Shown here one piece after another: positions 52,865-64,000 of a stretch of DNA of 64,000 nucleotides. The notes under the pieces were generated by a model that ran no database searches, was not told where the DNA came from, and worked only from the letters and a program-made list of their open reading frames with translations. The stretch's first letter is position 1. The number at the start of each line of letters is the position of its first letter. The stretch lies in NCBI GenBank assembly GCA_024679065.1, contig JAGIQG010000004.1, positions 89,838,001 through 89,902,000 of the forward strand, written 5' to 3'. This stretch comes from Sphyrna mokarran (taxonomy: Eukaryota). The position numbers and the translations under genes were made by a program.

Positions 52865-53038
52865 ATAGACAAAGGCTGCAAATAAATGACTATGTTTCCT
52901 TTGTCCTTTTTCACCAGCCCGGTCCTCTTCCTTTGTTCTATTTTTAGTATCTTTCTTAAGATTTGAACTTTTATTTATGCCTTCAATGCGTCCAATATTA
53001 TATTTGTAGCTTTTCTTTTTGTCCTTTACTAGTAGCAT
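52865..53038 (-). CDS. Weak candidate coding exon (Lys-rich, ends TAT|gtgagt)
   Basis: Consensus donor, phase 0 fits the acceptor ttctttatactttacag|GCT at 49192 (open to 48977). Confidence 0.25.
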
Positions 53039-54154
53039 TTTTTTCGCAGATTTGAACTTTTCTATGTTCTTGGATTCTCAGTGTCTTCTCTGAATTATTT
53101 CCTAGGTTCAAATTTCTATTTCTTCTTAATCATGTTTCCTATATAAGGACAGAGTCTTCCTCAGTGTGTTGTCCCATGCCTATCTGTTCATGTTGGAATG
53201 AGGGCAGGCTGTCGTGATTCACCATAGATTATCCCATAATGTGTGTCTGGTGAACAGAAACCACTATAGGCACATTGGTGATCACAACCCCAAGAAGTTC
53301 ATTATTTGAAATGCAGCCTACAATCACCAGCCTTATGGCAGAGTCAAATCACTATGGTAAGCCAGGTAATATATTTAGTGAGATTGCATTTTTAGAATAA
53401 AACAGAATAGATGTTGTTTCCTGCAGTAGCAATGTAGAGTTCCAAAGATTATGTTTGTCTGTTGGTGTCAAAATTAAGGGCATTTTCTCATGGCTAAAGA
53501 AGAATTTGGATTGAAATGTGAAACATGGATCCAATTGTCATAATCCATGTGGGAATCAATAGCATTGGTAGAGCTGGGAATGGGATTCAACCCAGGGAAT
53601 TTGAGGATCTGAAATTAAAATTAAATCATTGAACTTCTCATATAATGATCCCTGATTGCTAGCTGGGCCATGTGAAAAACAGCAGACGGTCAATTAGATT
53701 TGAAGGTTAAATGAATGAAAGAATGATTTGTGAGATAGGGAATCATTTGTCAGTGCCAGCTGTACTGCAAAAAGAAAGAGTTGTTTAATTGGAATGGGCT
53801 CCACTTAAACTGGACAGGGATTAGTGCTCTGGTAAAGCAGGGCAGCTAATAAGGCTTTAAGCTAATGAACAAGGAGCATAATTCAGGGAAGGGTGAATTT
53901 AACAGAAATGAGAACATTTTCAAGTTTGTAGAGAAGAGAGCTAATTCGGGTTAAGATAAATAAAGCAAGTCAGAAGTGTCACAGGGCTAAGCACAAAAGT
54001 AATAGGACGTCAGTGACCAAACAGGCATCAAGGAAAAATAGAAAAATGTTAAAGGCTCAATATCTGAATACTCCAAGAATTCAGAAGAAGGCAGATGAAT
54101 TAATGGCACCGATAGAAATATGTAAGTTTGATCTAAAAGACATTAGGAGCACAG

Positions 54155-55080
54155 GGGAGATTTTCCACTCCTGTTTCAAGGGGTGGGTTCACCAGCAAAT
54201 GTGGACAATTCTGTGGAAGTCCCAAAATGTACTTTACGCTGATGGGATTTTGCATTGTGATGTGTCCCTGCCCACCTCTACAACAATGACATAATGGGCA
54301 TTCTAATATTGAACATCACAAATTCCATTAATATATTTATCTGACCTTTAGGCCTGCTGGTCCCCCATATCTGATTGTTCATGTTGGATGAGGGAAGCTG
54401 TCATGATTCACTATAGATTATCCCATGGTGTGTGTCTGGTGAGCAGAAACCACTATAGACACACTGGTGAGCACAACCTCGAGAAGTTCATACACAGCAC
54501 AACTTGGCAATGTTTCCTGGCACTCTCAATGGCCAATGGCAGAGTAGCAGTGCCCGGGCAATGCCAGAGGTGATGTTCCATGGAGAGGATGTTGTGTGAT
54601 GGGTGTTCCGTACCACCTGTAAGTAAATGGAGATCCATGGTGGTGTGGCTCCATCATAGGAGGCTCCACTGGGGTTGGGGGGGGGGGGGGGGGGGGTGGT
54701 GTGGATGGCACGGAAGTTCCATAGTGGGGAAAGGATTTCTGGGATGGGAGAGTTCATGTTGGGATGGAAGTTCTATGATGTGGGCGGAGGCTTTCCATGG
54801 TAGGGAAAGGGGAAATTCTGTGCTGGAGGAGTTTCCATGGTTCAGGATTTTGTTATCAAAGTGGGGGGAGTACTGTGGTGGGGGACGGTTTTGGTGGGAG
54901 AGGTGATTTTCTATTTAAAGATAATTTAAAAATATCAGTTGCTGGTGGAACAGGTTCATTCAGAACCCATCCTCATGACATAGTTTTATTTTTCGTCGAA
55001 TGCCTAGAAATATAGTGGAAGAAGCTTCTGTCCCATTTTCCTAACTGCTGCAACATTCAAAAAATGAGAAAATTCCATTC
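54155..55080. mobile_element. Non-autonomous Harbinger-like element containing a poly-G run
   Basis: Ends ggggagattttcc and gagaaaattcc, interrupts the CR1 APE region. Confidence 0.55.
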
Positions 55081-55122
55081 ACAGTTGCAGTGACTATGTA
55101 TGGCATTAAATATTCCAGGATA

Positions 55123-56250
55123 CAAAGAACAAAGTAAAGTACAACACAGGAACAGGCCCTTCGGCCATCCAAACCCTAACTAAAAACAACCTCCTGCCCT
55201 AGTTCAGTCCAGATCCCTCTGTTCCCTCCCTATTCGTGTGCCCATCCAGATGCCTCTTAAATGTTGCTGATGTGCCTACTTTCACCAACCACTCTGGCAG
55301 TGTGTTTTAGGTACCCGCTACTCTCTGTGTGAAAAACTTCCCCTCACATCCCCTTAAAATTTCTCCTCTCACCTTGAACGTATGCCCCCTTGTAATTGAC
55401 ATTCCAACTCCTGGAAAAAGCCTCTGACTTTCCACCCTGTCTAAGCCTTTCATAATTATGTAAACTTCTATAAGATCTCCCCTTAATCTCCATTTTTCCA
55501 GTGAAAACAATCCTAGTTTATTCAATATTTTCTCCTCATACCCAACACCCTCGGGACCAAGCAATATCCTGGTGAGCCACCTTTGCACTCTCTCCAGAGC
55601 TTCCTTCTGATAATATGGTGACAAGAACCTGCACGCAATATTTCAAACGCGACCTAATCAAAGTTTTGTATAGCTACAATACGATTTCCCAAGCTTGTAC
55701 TCAAAATGCCCTGGTGGATGAAGACAAGCATGCCATATGTCTTCTTAATCACCATGGCCACCTGCGTAGCCACTTTTAGGGAACTTCTGTATGTTAATGT
55801 TCCTAAGGTTCTGCCATTTACAGTATAATTCATACTCAAATTTGGTCCTTCAAAATGCATCATCTTACATTTGTCCGGATTAAATTCCATCTGCCATTTC
55901 TGTGCCCAAGTTCCAATCTATCTATAATACTGTTGTGTCCTCTGACAAACCTCGGCATGATCAGCAACCCCACCAATCTTGTCATCTGCAAACTTACTAA
56001 TCAGAACACCCACACTTTCCTCCAGATCATTTAAATATACTGCAAACAACAGAGGTCCCAGCACTGATCCTGTGGAACATCACTAGCTACAGATCTCCAT
56101 TCTGAAAACACCCTTCTACCGATACTTTCTGCCTTCTATACTGGCCCACACTGAATCCTATATGATTCTATATGATTTTAGTTTTTGTACTAGTCTGCCA
56201 CATTAGTACATCTTACTAAATTCCACATAAACTACATCTACAGCTCTTCA
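55123..56250 (-). mobile_element. 5'-truncated CR1 LINE
   Basis: ORFs 55307-55624 and 55654-55890, gatac at both flanks. Confidence 0.88.
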
Positions 56251-56825
56251 CAGATACTTCACTTTTAGAAGAGATAGGCAAAATGGAAAAGGTGATACTT
56301 TGATTGTACCATTTATGATAAAAGACATCCAAGAGAAAGAACCTTAGCTCAAGAAATTAAGACACAGAATCATTTGGATGGAGTTAATAAACATGGAACA
56401 TGAAACATTAATGGTAATAGCTAAAAGGCCCCTTGACAGTACTTACACAGTCAAACAGAGTATAAATCAGGAAATTAGAGGAACATGCAACAAGAGTGAT
56501 AGAGTAATCATGGGAAACTTTAATCTTCATATAGACTGGGGAAAACAAAACTGACTAATAGTGCAGATGGTGATAGAATGCATTTCAGGTAGCTTTCTAA
56601 ATCAATACATCAAGGAACTAACTAGAGAACAGGTTATTATGGATCCAATATTGTGCAAAAAAACCATTAATTAATAAACTTGTTGTAAAGGAAACCTGAA
56701 GTAAGGACCATCAGAGTAAGATGAAGTTTTATTTTGATTTTGAGTGCTCAGGTCTTCAATCTAAACAAATCAAACTATGTTGATACAGGTGAGTAGCAAA
56801 TGTTGCTAAGAAATCTCAAGACAAT

Positions 56826-57440
56826 AAGACCATAAGAAATAGGAACAGCAGTAAACTGTTTGTGCCTGTTCTGTCATTCAGTAGGATCATGGCTGATCCG
56901 ACATTCCGCAGTCCACTTTCCTGCCCTTTCCCCATAAACCTGACTCCTTTACTGATCAAAAATCTATCTCAGCCTTAACTATGCACGAGGATTCTGTCCC
57001 ACAGTGTAAAGTTAAAAAATTTATTAGTCACAAGTAAGGCTTACATTAACAGTGCAATGAAGTTACTGTGAAATTCCAGAAGCTGCCACACTCCGATGCC
57101 TGGTCGGGGCAATGCACCAAACATTTTTCAAACTGTGGGGAGAAACTGGAGCATCCAAACACAGAGAGAATGTGCAAACTCTACGCGGACAGTGATCTTA
57201 GCCAGAAATCGAACGCTGGTCCATGGTACTGTGAGGCCGCAGTGCTAACCACTATACCATGGCGTCGAGCTGTCTGTGGCAAGGAGTTTCAAAGGCTCAC
57301 TAACAGTTGAGAGAAGAAATTTATCCTCATCTCAGCCTTAAATTGATACCCTTTTACTCTGAGACTATGTGCTCTAATCCAAATCTCTCCCATATGGGAA
57401 AGCTTCCTCTCAGCATTTACCCTGCTAAGCTCCATATGAA
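56826..57440 (-). mobile_element. CR1 3' end containing a type B SINE (57005-57260)
   Basis: Family motifs. Confidence 0.8.
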
Positions 57441-59550
57441 ATAATTTATATATTTCATTGAGGCATAAAATCCCAGGGGAAAAGAAGTGTATAATGTTAC
57501 CAAAAAGCCTGAGGATTGGGAGAGCTTCATAATTCAATGCAAGTTCACCAAGGAATTGACAAAGAGAAAAAAATAGAATGAGACTAAACAAGAAAGTGAT
57601 GTAGCCTGGAAGTTCCTAGCCATGCACCACTGGGATCTTTCAGTCTTGCTGATAGAATACCCTTATAACTGGTTTCATGGTGATGAAGGATCCATTTAAT
57701 GGGAAGCACCGTTGACAACAGTGGGACCAGAAGATCCCACCAGTACAGTGAGGCTATCGATCTATTACTGCTGGTTTGCCTCTGATAAGTCCTCTAGACA
57801 CAGGAATCTGCCTGCCATCATTAATTAGTTGGGGCTGTTGGGAGTGGCCATTCGACTGGATGGCTTCTCCAAAATCAACCTCTCTGGATCCTCCTGTCAC
57901 CAGTATTTATGCATTCCTGATTTGCATTTCACACCATGGGCAGGATAGGGACCCACAAATTAAAATCCTGTCCCAAACATGTATCAAGAATAAAAACTTG
58001 GTAAACAGTATCACAAAACGTGGCATTAGTTAAAAAAAACTAAATAATGGAATAATTAATAGGATTAAAAGCTGACAAATCCATGGATCTGATGATCTAG
58101 GGTTCTAACAGAGATAGCTACAGGTGGATGCATTGCTTTTGATCATCTAGAATTTCCTTAATTTTAGAATTGAAGATAAGAAATGTAACTCCATGTTCCT
58201 GAAAGCAGTGAGAGTGAAAATAGGGAAACTTTGGCCTGTTTGTCCAAAATTGTTAGTAGGGAAATGCTAGAATATATCCCTAAGGATTTGGGCAACTGAG
58301 AACTTGAAAAATCATAACTTAAATTGCCAAAGCCAATATGGTTTAATGAAAGGGGAATAATGTTTGATAAACTGATTTGAGTATAGCGAGGCTGCAGTTA
58401 GCAAAGTGGATAAGGGGAACCAGTAAATACAGTGTCTTTGGATTTTCAAAATGCGATGTCTGTTATTGAAAAAATATGGAGCTGACATAAAGATCAACCA
58501 TAATCCGATTGCATGACAGAGCAAGCTTGGAGGGCCAAATAGCGCAACACTGCTCTATATCTTTGAAGCTATCAAGGAACAGATGTTTGGTATAAAGCTT
58601 CCCCTCCTATCGAATCATGAATGGTGACAATGGGACCGAACTTCGTGTTGGCACATATGGGTAAATTTGCTAAATGTTCCTAGTGGGGAGCTGTGCTTTG
58701 CAGATCAGGGAATTAGCATAACAGTGCTGTTGCACTTTTTCCAATTTACCTTCAAGCGAGCCTCCTGCTGGGAATGTGGAATTGCTGAATTTATAAAGCA
58801 TAGTTTTATACAAGCCAGAATGAATGCAATTTGTGAGCAGTTAAAGCAACATGCATATGGTTCTTTATTTCAGAAAACTGACTGCTCTCAAAGTATCCTA
58901 TAAAAAGTATTCTGCATGACAATGAGATGCAGCAGTACTAAACCTGCCAAAGTCTTTCATGGATTTGTTGAAAATTATGTATTACCTTAACTAAGTGTCA
59001 ATAACGTAGAAGATTCTAACATCTGATATCGAAGGCACTGAGCTGCCACACAGTCCAAATATCTTCATAAAAGGTGCATATAATTTGCTTTTATTTTCAC
59101 CCTTTTCAGTGTCTGCTCCATGATCTCGACATAGACTAAATCAAAACATTTGTGTCAATTCATTTCGTCAGTAAGCACCAGGTCAGCAATGTGTTTTGTT
59201 TTCAATTTCCTTCCTTCTCTCCTGAAGTTGCTTACTGATGCTGGGGTAAAATCCAAGGCAAAGATGCACTGCAAAGTTTCATATATAATGTCTGAGACTC
59301 ACATCAGAAAAGAGAAAGACACAGAGACAAAGATAACAGGTATGGGCAGGCTGCATTGAAATTAGGGACTGCAATGAGAAGCTCAATAGAATTCTGTGAC
59401 TTCACTGCAGAAAGCTGTTCCTAAACTTACGTGGCACACCATGCCTGCTTTCACATGTGTAGTAATGGATTTCGGGCTACTGAAGCTGACTAGATGATAT
59501 TTCATGGTCTACCTTCCCTGGAAGCAGATGATGCTAAAACCAAATGCCTG

Positions 59551-60823
59551 AAGGGTTTCCGTATATTGACCTTCACCATTCACCAACTTTCTCTGAAGCA
59601 AAAAGCAAACACCTACCAGAATATGTGGTTTTAAGAATTAAGACTTTGTCTGCTTGCTCCAAAAATTCCATTTAAAATTCAGAACATATTATTGAAAATA
59701 ATATTTGACCTAGTTGCAGTAGGTCAGCTGTGAGTCTCCTTACACAGATTTTAAGAAAATAAATGATATGATAAACTCTCTAAGAGATTGCCTATTCTCT
59801 GAGCTGGAGGATGTATACTTAGAGGACAATAATGAAAGAAAGGCTCCAGAAGCAAACTAATTTAATTCTGAAAATTCCATGGAATTATTGCTGAATTGAT
59901 TTGTTGTAAGATACAAGAAAATTTCCACATAAATCTTGCAGAAGCTCAATTAAAAATTTGGATTCTATTCCCACTTTGCTTTGATAGGATATAAAACTGC
60001 AGAAACATTTTCAGCCATTTGAGTAACGCTGAAGACATTCAAAGTGAAAACTCAGGTGCTATTGAAGGCCCTTTAAGAACAGGGTTTGGGGTGCAGAGTT
60101 GTGGACAGGAAACATGGAATTATGTATTTCCCATAAATGCTTCTCTTTGTTTCCTAACTGAATGGTAGGCAGGAAAAACCTGCTGTAAAAGGATGTATCA
60201 GAACAGCAATGGGGGAAAGTATCATAAGAAGTCAATGGCAGAGAACAGAGAGTTTGCTGGACAGAGAGATGATTGCATTGAGATATGGCAGAGGAAAAAA
60301 TGTGGTCAAAGGGGGCCTTTGGCTACCTTGGCAGGCACCTTCTTGGCATCCATTCCAGAGTCTGATTACTCAGAAGGTAATCTTGAAGGTACCTGCTTAG
60401 TTTAAATATTTAAATGAGCAACCACATCTTAATTGAGCTTCTGCAAGATTTATTTGGAAATTTTCTTGTATCTTACAAATCAATTAGCAATAATTCCATG
60501 GAATTTTCAAAATGAAATTAGTTTGCTGTCAGATCCTCCCTTTCATTATTGACTCTACGTATAAATCCTCCAGCTCAGGGAATAGGCAATCTCTTAGAGG
60601 CTTTATCATACCATTCATTTTCTTAAAATTATTGTAAGGAGACTCACAACTGATCTACTGCAACTAGGTTCAAATATCATTCTTCACTATTCTGAATTTT
60701 AAATGAAACTTTTGGAGCAAGCAGACAAAATCTTTTCTCTTAAAACTACATATTCTGGTAGGCATTTGCTTTTTGCTTCTGGGAAAGTTGGTGAATGGTG
60801 AAGGTCAATTTTAGGGAACCCTT
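59551..60823. repeat. Long inverted duplication: arms 59551-59953 and 60429-60823
   Basis: Collinear reverse-complement match over ~400 bp of non-TE-looking DNA. Confidence 0.95.
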
Positions 60824-60926
60824 GGTTGACCAGAAACTATCCCACCTCCATTGAACACGGAATTGGACAGGTTGAGCTTTAATAGCATGTGGACTAGCTT
60901 GACAGAGAACAGTTTTGACAGAATAC

Positions 60927-61790
60927 TGAATTCTCCCATCCTGACGCACATGCTTTTTGGCACATTGAGATGAGAGAATCGTGTGTCAATCATTTTACGG
61001 GATTCACGCATGTATTCCCGGTGCATGCGCAGAGAACGGGTACAGTTGGGACCGCGCTGGAAACCAGCAGGAAGAGAGGTAAGTAATTTAAATCTTTTTA
61101 AAATGTATTTTAAATCTATCTTAAATGTTATTATAGGGCCCAACACGGAATTCGCTGAGCCTGATAGCATCTCCCACCCTGCCAGGAGTATTTCACTCTG
61201 GCAGGATTTAGAGTATCTCTCCCCATTTTTGGGGAATTAGTGGACAACCCCGCTGGAGTGAAGGGGGGGCAATCAGGGTACTCCAGGGGTGGGCAGTGGG
61301 GGGTTAGTGCCCCCCGGGGATGAGCACCTTGGCAGTGACAGCCTGTGCTCCCTGACATTGTCTGATGTCCAGGGGGCACCTTGGCACTGCCCACAGGGCA
61401 TCGGGCAGTGGCAAGGGGGTGGGCTAATTGTGGACAGGGCCTAGGAGGCAACTAATGGGGCTGTGGGGCCCCAGTGCAACTCTGCAGATAGAATCAGGTT
61501 GGGACTGAAGGGAGGCCAGTGATTGGGTGTGCTGGGGGCTGGCCAGCAATTGAGGTGGCCAACAAATGGGAGGCTGATTGATCAGGGCTACTGTGCATGC
61601 ACAAAGTTCCAGAGCTGTCAGACTCTGGTGCGAATAAATAACGCCCCTCCCCCAAGCCATTAATGAGATTCATGATTGTGACATCTGTATTGCATAGAAT
61701 GGGGAGATTTGGATCTGAAATTGTACTGAAAAACAGTTACGGGTAGACCAATTTTCTTGCTAATTCAACATATTTGGGAGAATTGCCCCC
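60927..61790. mobile_element. Non-autonomous Harbinger-like element
   Basis: Inverted ends gaattctccca and tgggagaattg, GC-rich body. Confidence 0.6.
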
Positions 61791-61799
61791 AAAGAGGCA

Positions 61800-62395
61800 A
61801 TTGGTGCAATGAGGGAAGAGGTGCTGCTATTTTGGTCTTTTATAGTAGGCAGAGGGAATGGGACAAGGTGAGTCATGAGAGCTGAAGTTCAGGTGCATTC
61901 GTTAGGGGAGCAGGAGGGTGATTGATTGGTGAGTTAAACTTTTTTTCTAAACTAGGGAAGTAGTCTCAACTACTTTGATGGGAAGGTATTAAATATGTTG
62001 CTTAACTAATTAAGATACATAATATAACAACAAACTGTCATTGGGTGATGTTTTTAAATTTCAAACTCTAATTAAACAAAGTACAACAAACAGCAACACC
62101 AAAGATGTTTTGTAGTGTAGCATATGGGATCACCTGTGTGATCTATGACAACCAAATCTTCAGGAAGTGTTTGGAGATCAAGCAATTTCTACTGAGAATT
62201 GAACACCAGATTTGCCCCCAGAGGATTAGACTCTGGATTACTAGTTCAGGAACAATATCTTCCAATGTATGGGTGGTGTTGGGGGAAGACAGTAGATTGG
62301 AATTGAGGGCACTATCTGATCAGCCATGACCTTATTGAATAGCAGATTAGACAGGGACAAAATGGTCTATTCCTGTTCCACTTCTTATATTCTTA
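61800..62395 (+). mobile_element. Internally deleted CR1 (ORF1 Cys-rich start joined to 3' end)
   Basis: ...DNQIFRKCLEIKQFLLRI followed by the gatcagccatgaccttattgaat tail. Confidence 0.5.
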
Positions 62396-63329
62396 AGAGT
62401 AGGACATGGGTTATGATTTGTTATTATTAAAGTTTTTACATTTCACCTGACTCCAGCCACTTTGGAGAATAAAATTGGTGTTGAAGATTTGATTAGCCAT
62501 TTATACCTGGAAACAAACTTTTACTAATCTTTGTGCATGGACCCTCTCATCCCTTTACTCATCCATAACTCAGAGTGTCTCACCATTAAAAAAACTATTA
62601 CAGCGCATCTTTCCTGGACTTAAAGTGTATGACCTCTAATTTATTGCTTGAGACATGGGAAACCATTGGAGCTTGATGAGGAAATGATGATAAATGCAAG
62701 AGCAGATACGGACCACAGCATTCAGGATGACTTGAAGTTTATGAATAGTTGCAGAAGGCAGAGAGGCAAGGAAAGAATTCAACATTTAACCTCAAATTTA
62801 CACCTAGTTAGCAATAGAACAAAGAAAAGCAGTTTCTAATTCCTGATTGCTTCCCAGTGATTACTGCTAGGTTTTGTACTTCAATAAAGACGTCAATCAA
62901 GAACAGATGGTGCATGAGAAACTGAAGTGGAAAAGTTTCATCGTGATGCCTCCGGGATTTCTTTGCAAGCCTCACATTAATTTGGTTCTTCTGTAAATCA
63001 AAATTCACATTTTAATTACCTACTCAAAATGTATTATAAACAAAATTTATGAGTAAGAGCCATGGGACATTGTCTGTACTGCATTGATCAAAGCTTCTTC
63101 ATGACATCAGCAGTCACAAGATATCAGGTTAATAAGTTGGGGACGTAATTTCTCATTCCTTCTCATGTATTATGTAAGGTTTTCACTACAATAGTTCTTC
63201 ACTGTGAACTAAGCATTCTCAACAGGAGTTAAAGAAAATTCACAGTAAACAAAAGGAATTTTTGCTTGCGATTTTCTGTGATGCTAAGGATGAAGTTGTC
63301 TGGACTCCTCTATGCTTTGGGATTTGGAC

Positions 63330-63960
63330 AACCTATTGAAGACATGCCAATACATTGGAGAAGTATCATTCACCGTGCCTTTTTAAGATCCTCTAAATCT
63401 GGTTGCAAGAATGATTGCCCAAAAGCAATATTCACCGCCAAGACCAAATGACCAACATTCATGGCAGAAGACTCCCAAGAAGACAGCAGAAATGCTTTTG
63501 GGATGTCCTCAAAGCACTTCTGAAAAGGTTAAACATCCTTACTAACATCCCCATAAAAGTAAATTATTGCGGATGCTGGAATCTGAAACAAAAGCGGAAA
63601 ATGCTAGAAAATCTCAGCAAATCTGACAGCATTTGTGGAGTAAACAGAGCTAGCATTTTGATTCTGGACATCCCTTCAACATCCTACATCCCTGCTGACT
63701 TATGGGAGTACCTGGTCTCTGACAAACTGAAATGGAGAATGTTCATTCAGCAGGCACCACACACACACAGGCAGTCAAAATGTCAAAAGAGTACACAAAC
63801 TTTCAAACAACTCATCTGCCTGACTTTTCAAGGACCACCTGTTCTGCATGTCTTCAGATCACTTTTCAGATGGACTTTTCAGCCATATCAGAACCCTTTG
63901 AATCAAAGTACCAGCGTGCCATCCTTCATCCAGAGGAACTGTCTAAAAGGAAACTATCTA
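63330..63960 (+). mobile_element. RTE-like LINE 3' end interrupted by a PLE end (63555-63680)
   Basis: GRRLPRRQQKCFWDVLK and IPADLWEYLVSDKLKWR, aacatcc on both sides of the PLE. Confidence 0.6.
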
Positions 63961-64000
63961 AAACTGAGTTGTATAGTGATCCAATTGCCAATTCTCCAGC

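Larger units (their letters stand above)
53560..58560 (+). mobile_element. Old fragmented CR1 (esterase ORF1 end, APE, partial RT)
   Basis: NGLHLNWTG, LKAQYLN..IQKKADEL and IMGNFN fragments, interrupted at 54155, 55123, 56826 and 57600. Confidence 0.7.

Noticed and set aside
54677-54696. Poly-G tracts (also 39789-39807 and 29960-29987) as functional G-quadruplexes
   Set aside because: Simple runs within or beside TEs, with lengths prone to sequencing error.
97-57260. tRNA-like A/B-box sequences as tRNA genes
   Set aside because: All are SINE heads followed by SINE bodies.
59110-59170. Acceptor and donor pair (cttttcag|...|gtaagc)
   Set aside because: Stops in all three frames, so at most a non-coding exon with no further support.

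Overview
Repeat-dense, AT-rich vertebrate genomic DNA, almost certainly from a shark/elasmobranch (HE1-like tRNA SINEs and HER1/CR1-like LINEs dominate). Most long ORFs in the track are LINE fragments or their antisense shadows. No prokaryotic features, rRNA, real tRNA genes or CRISPR arrays were seen. The window contains many CR1 LINEs (one young copy with an unbroken 338-aa RT ORF), Rex/Babar and RTE LINEs, Penelope-like element (PLE) ends with decayed hammerhead cores, Harbinger-type elements, and a ~9 kb decayed hAT transposase split by about nine insertions. There are also a few candidate exons of host genes I could not identify. The most notable observations are: (1) two ~400-480 bp local inverted duplications with similar ~450-475 bp spacers, one of them pasted into the middle of a SINE; (2) an apparent CR1 LINE whose 3' UTR is a captured SINE; (3) a SINE subfamily with a Rex/Babar-like tail; (4) a phase-consistent chain of minus-strand exons. 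I cannot support a claim of a new biological system. All alignments were done by eye and repeat boundaries are approximate.
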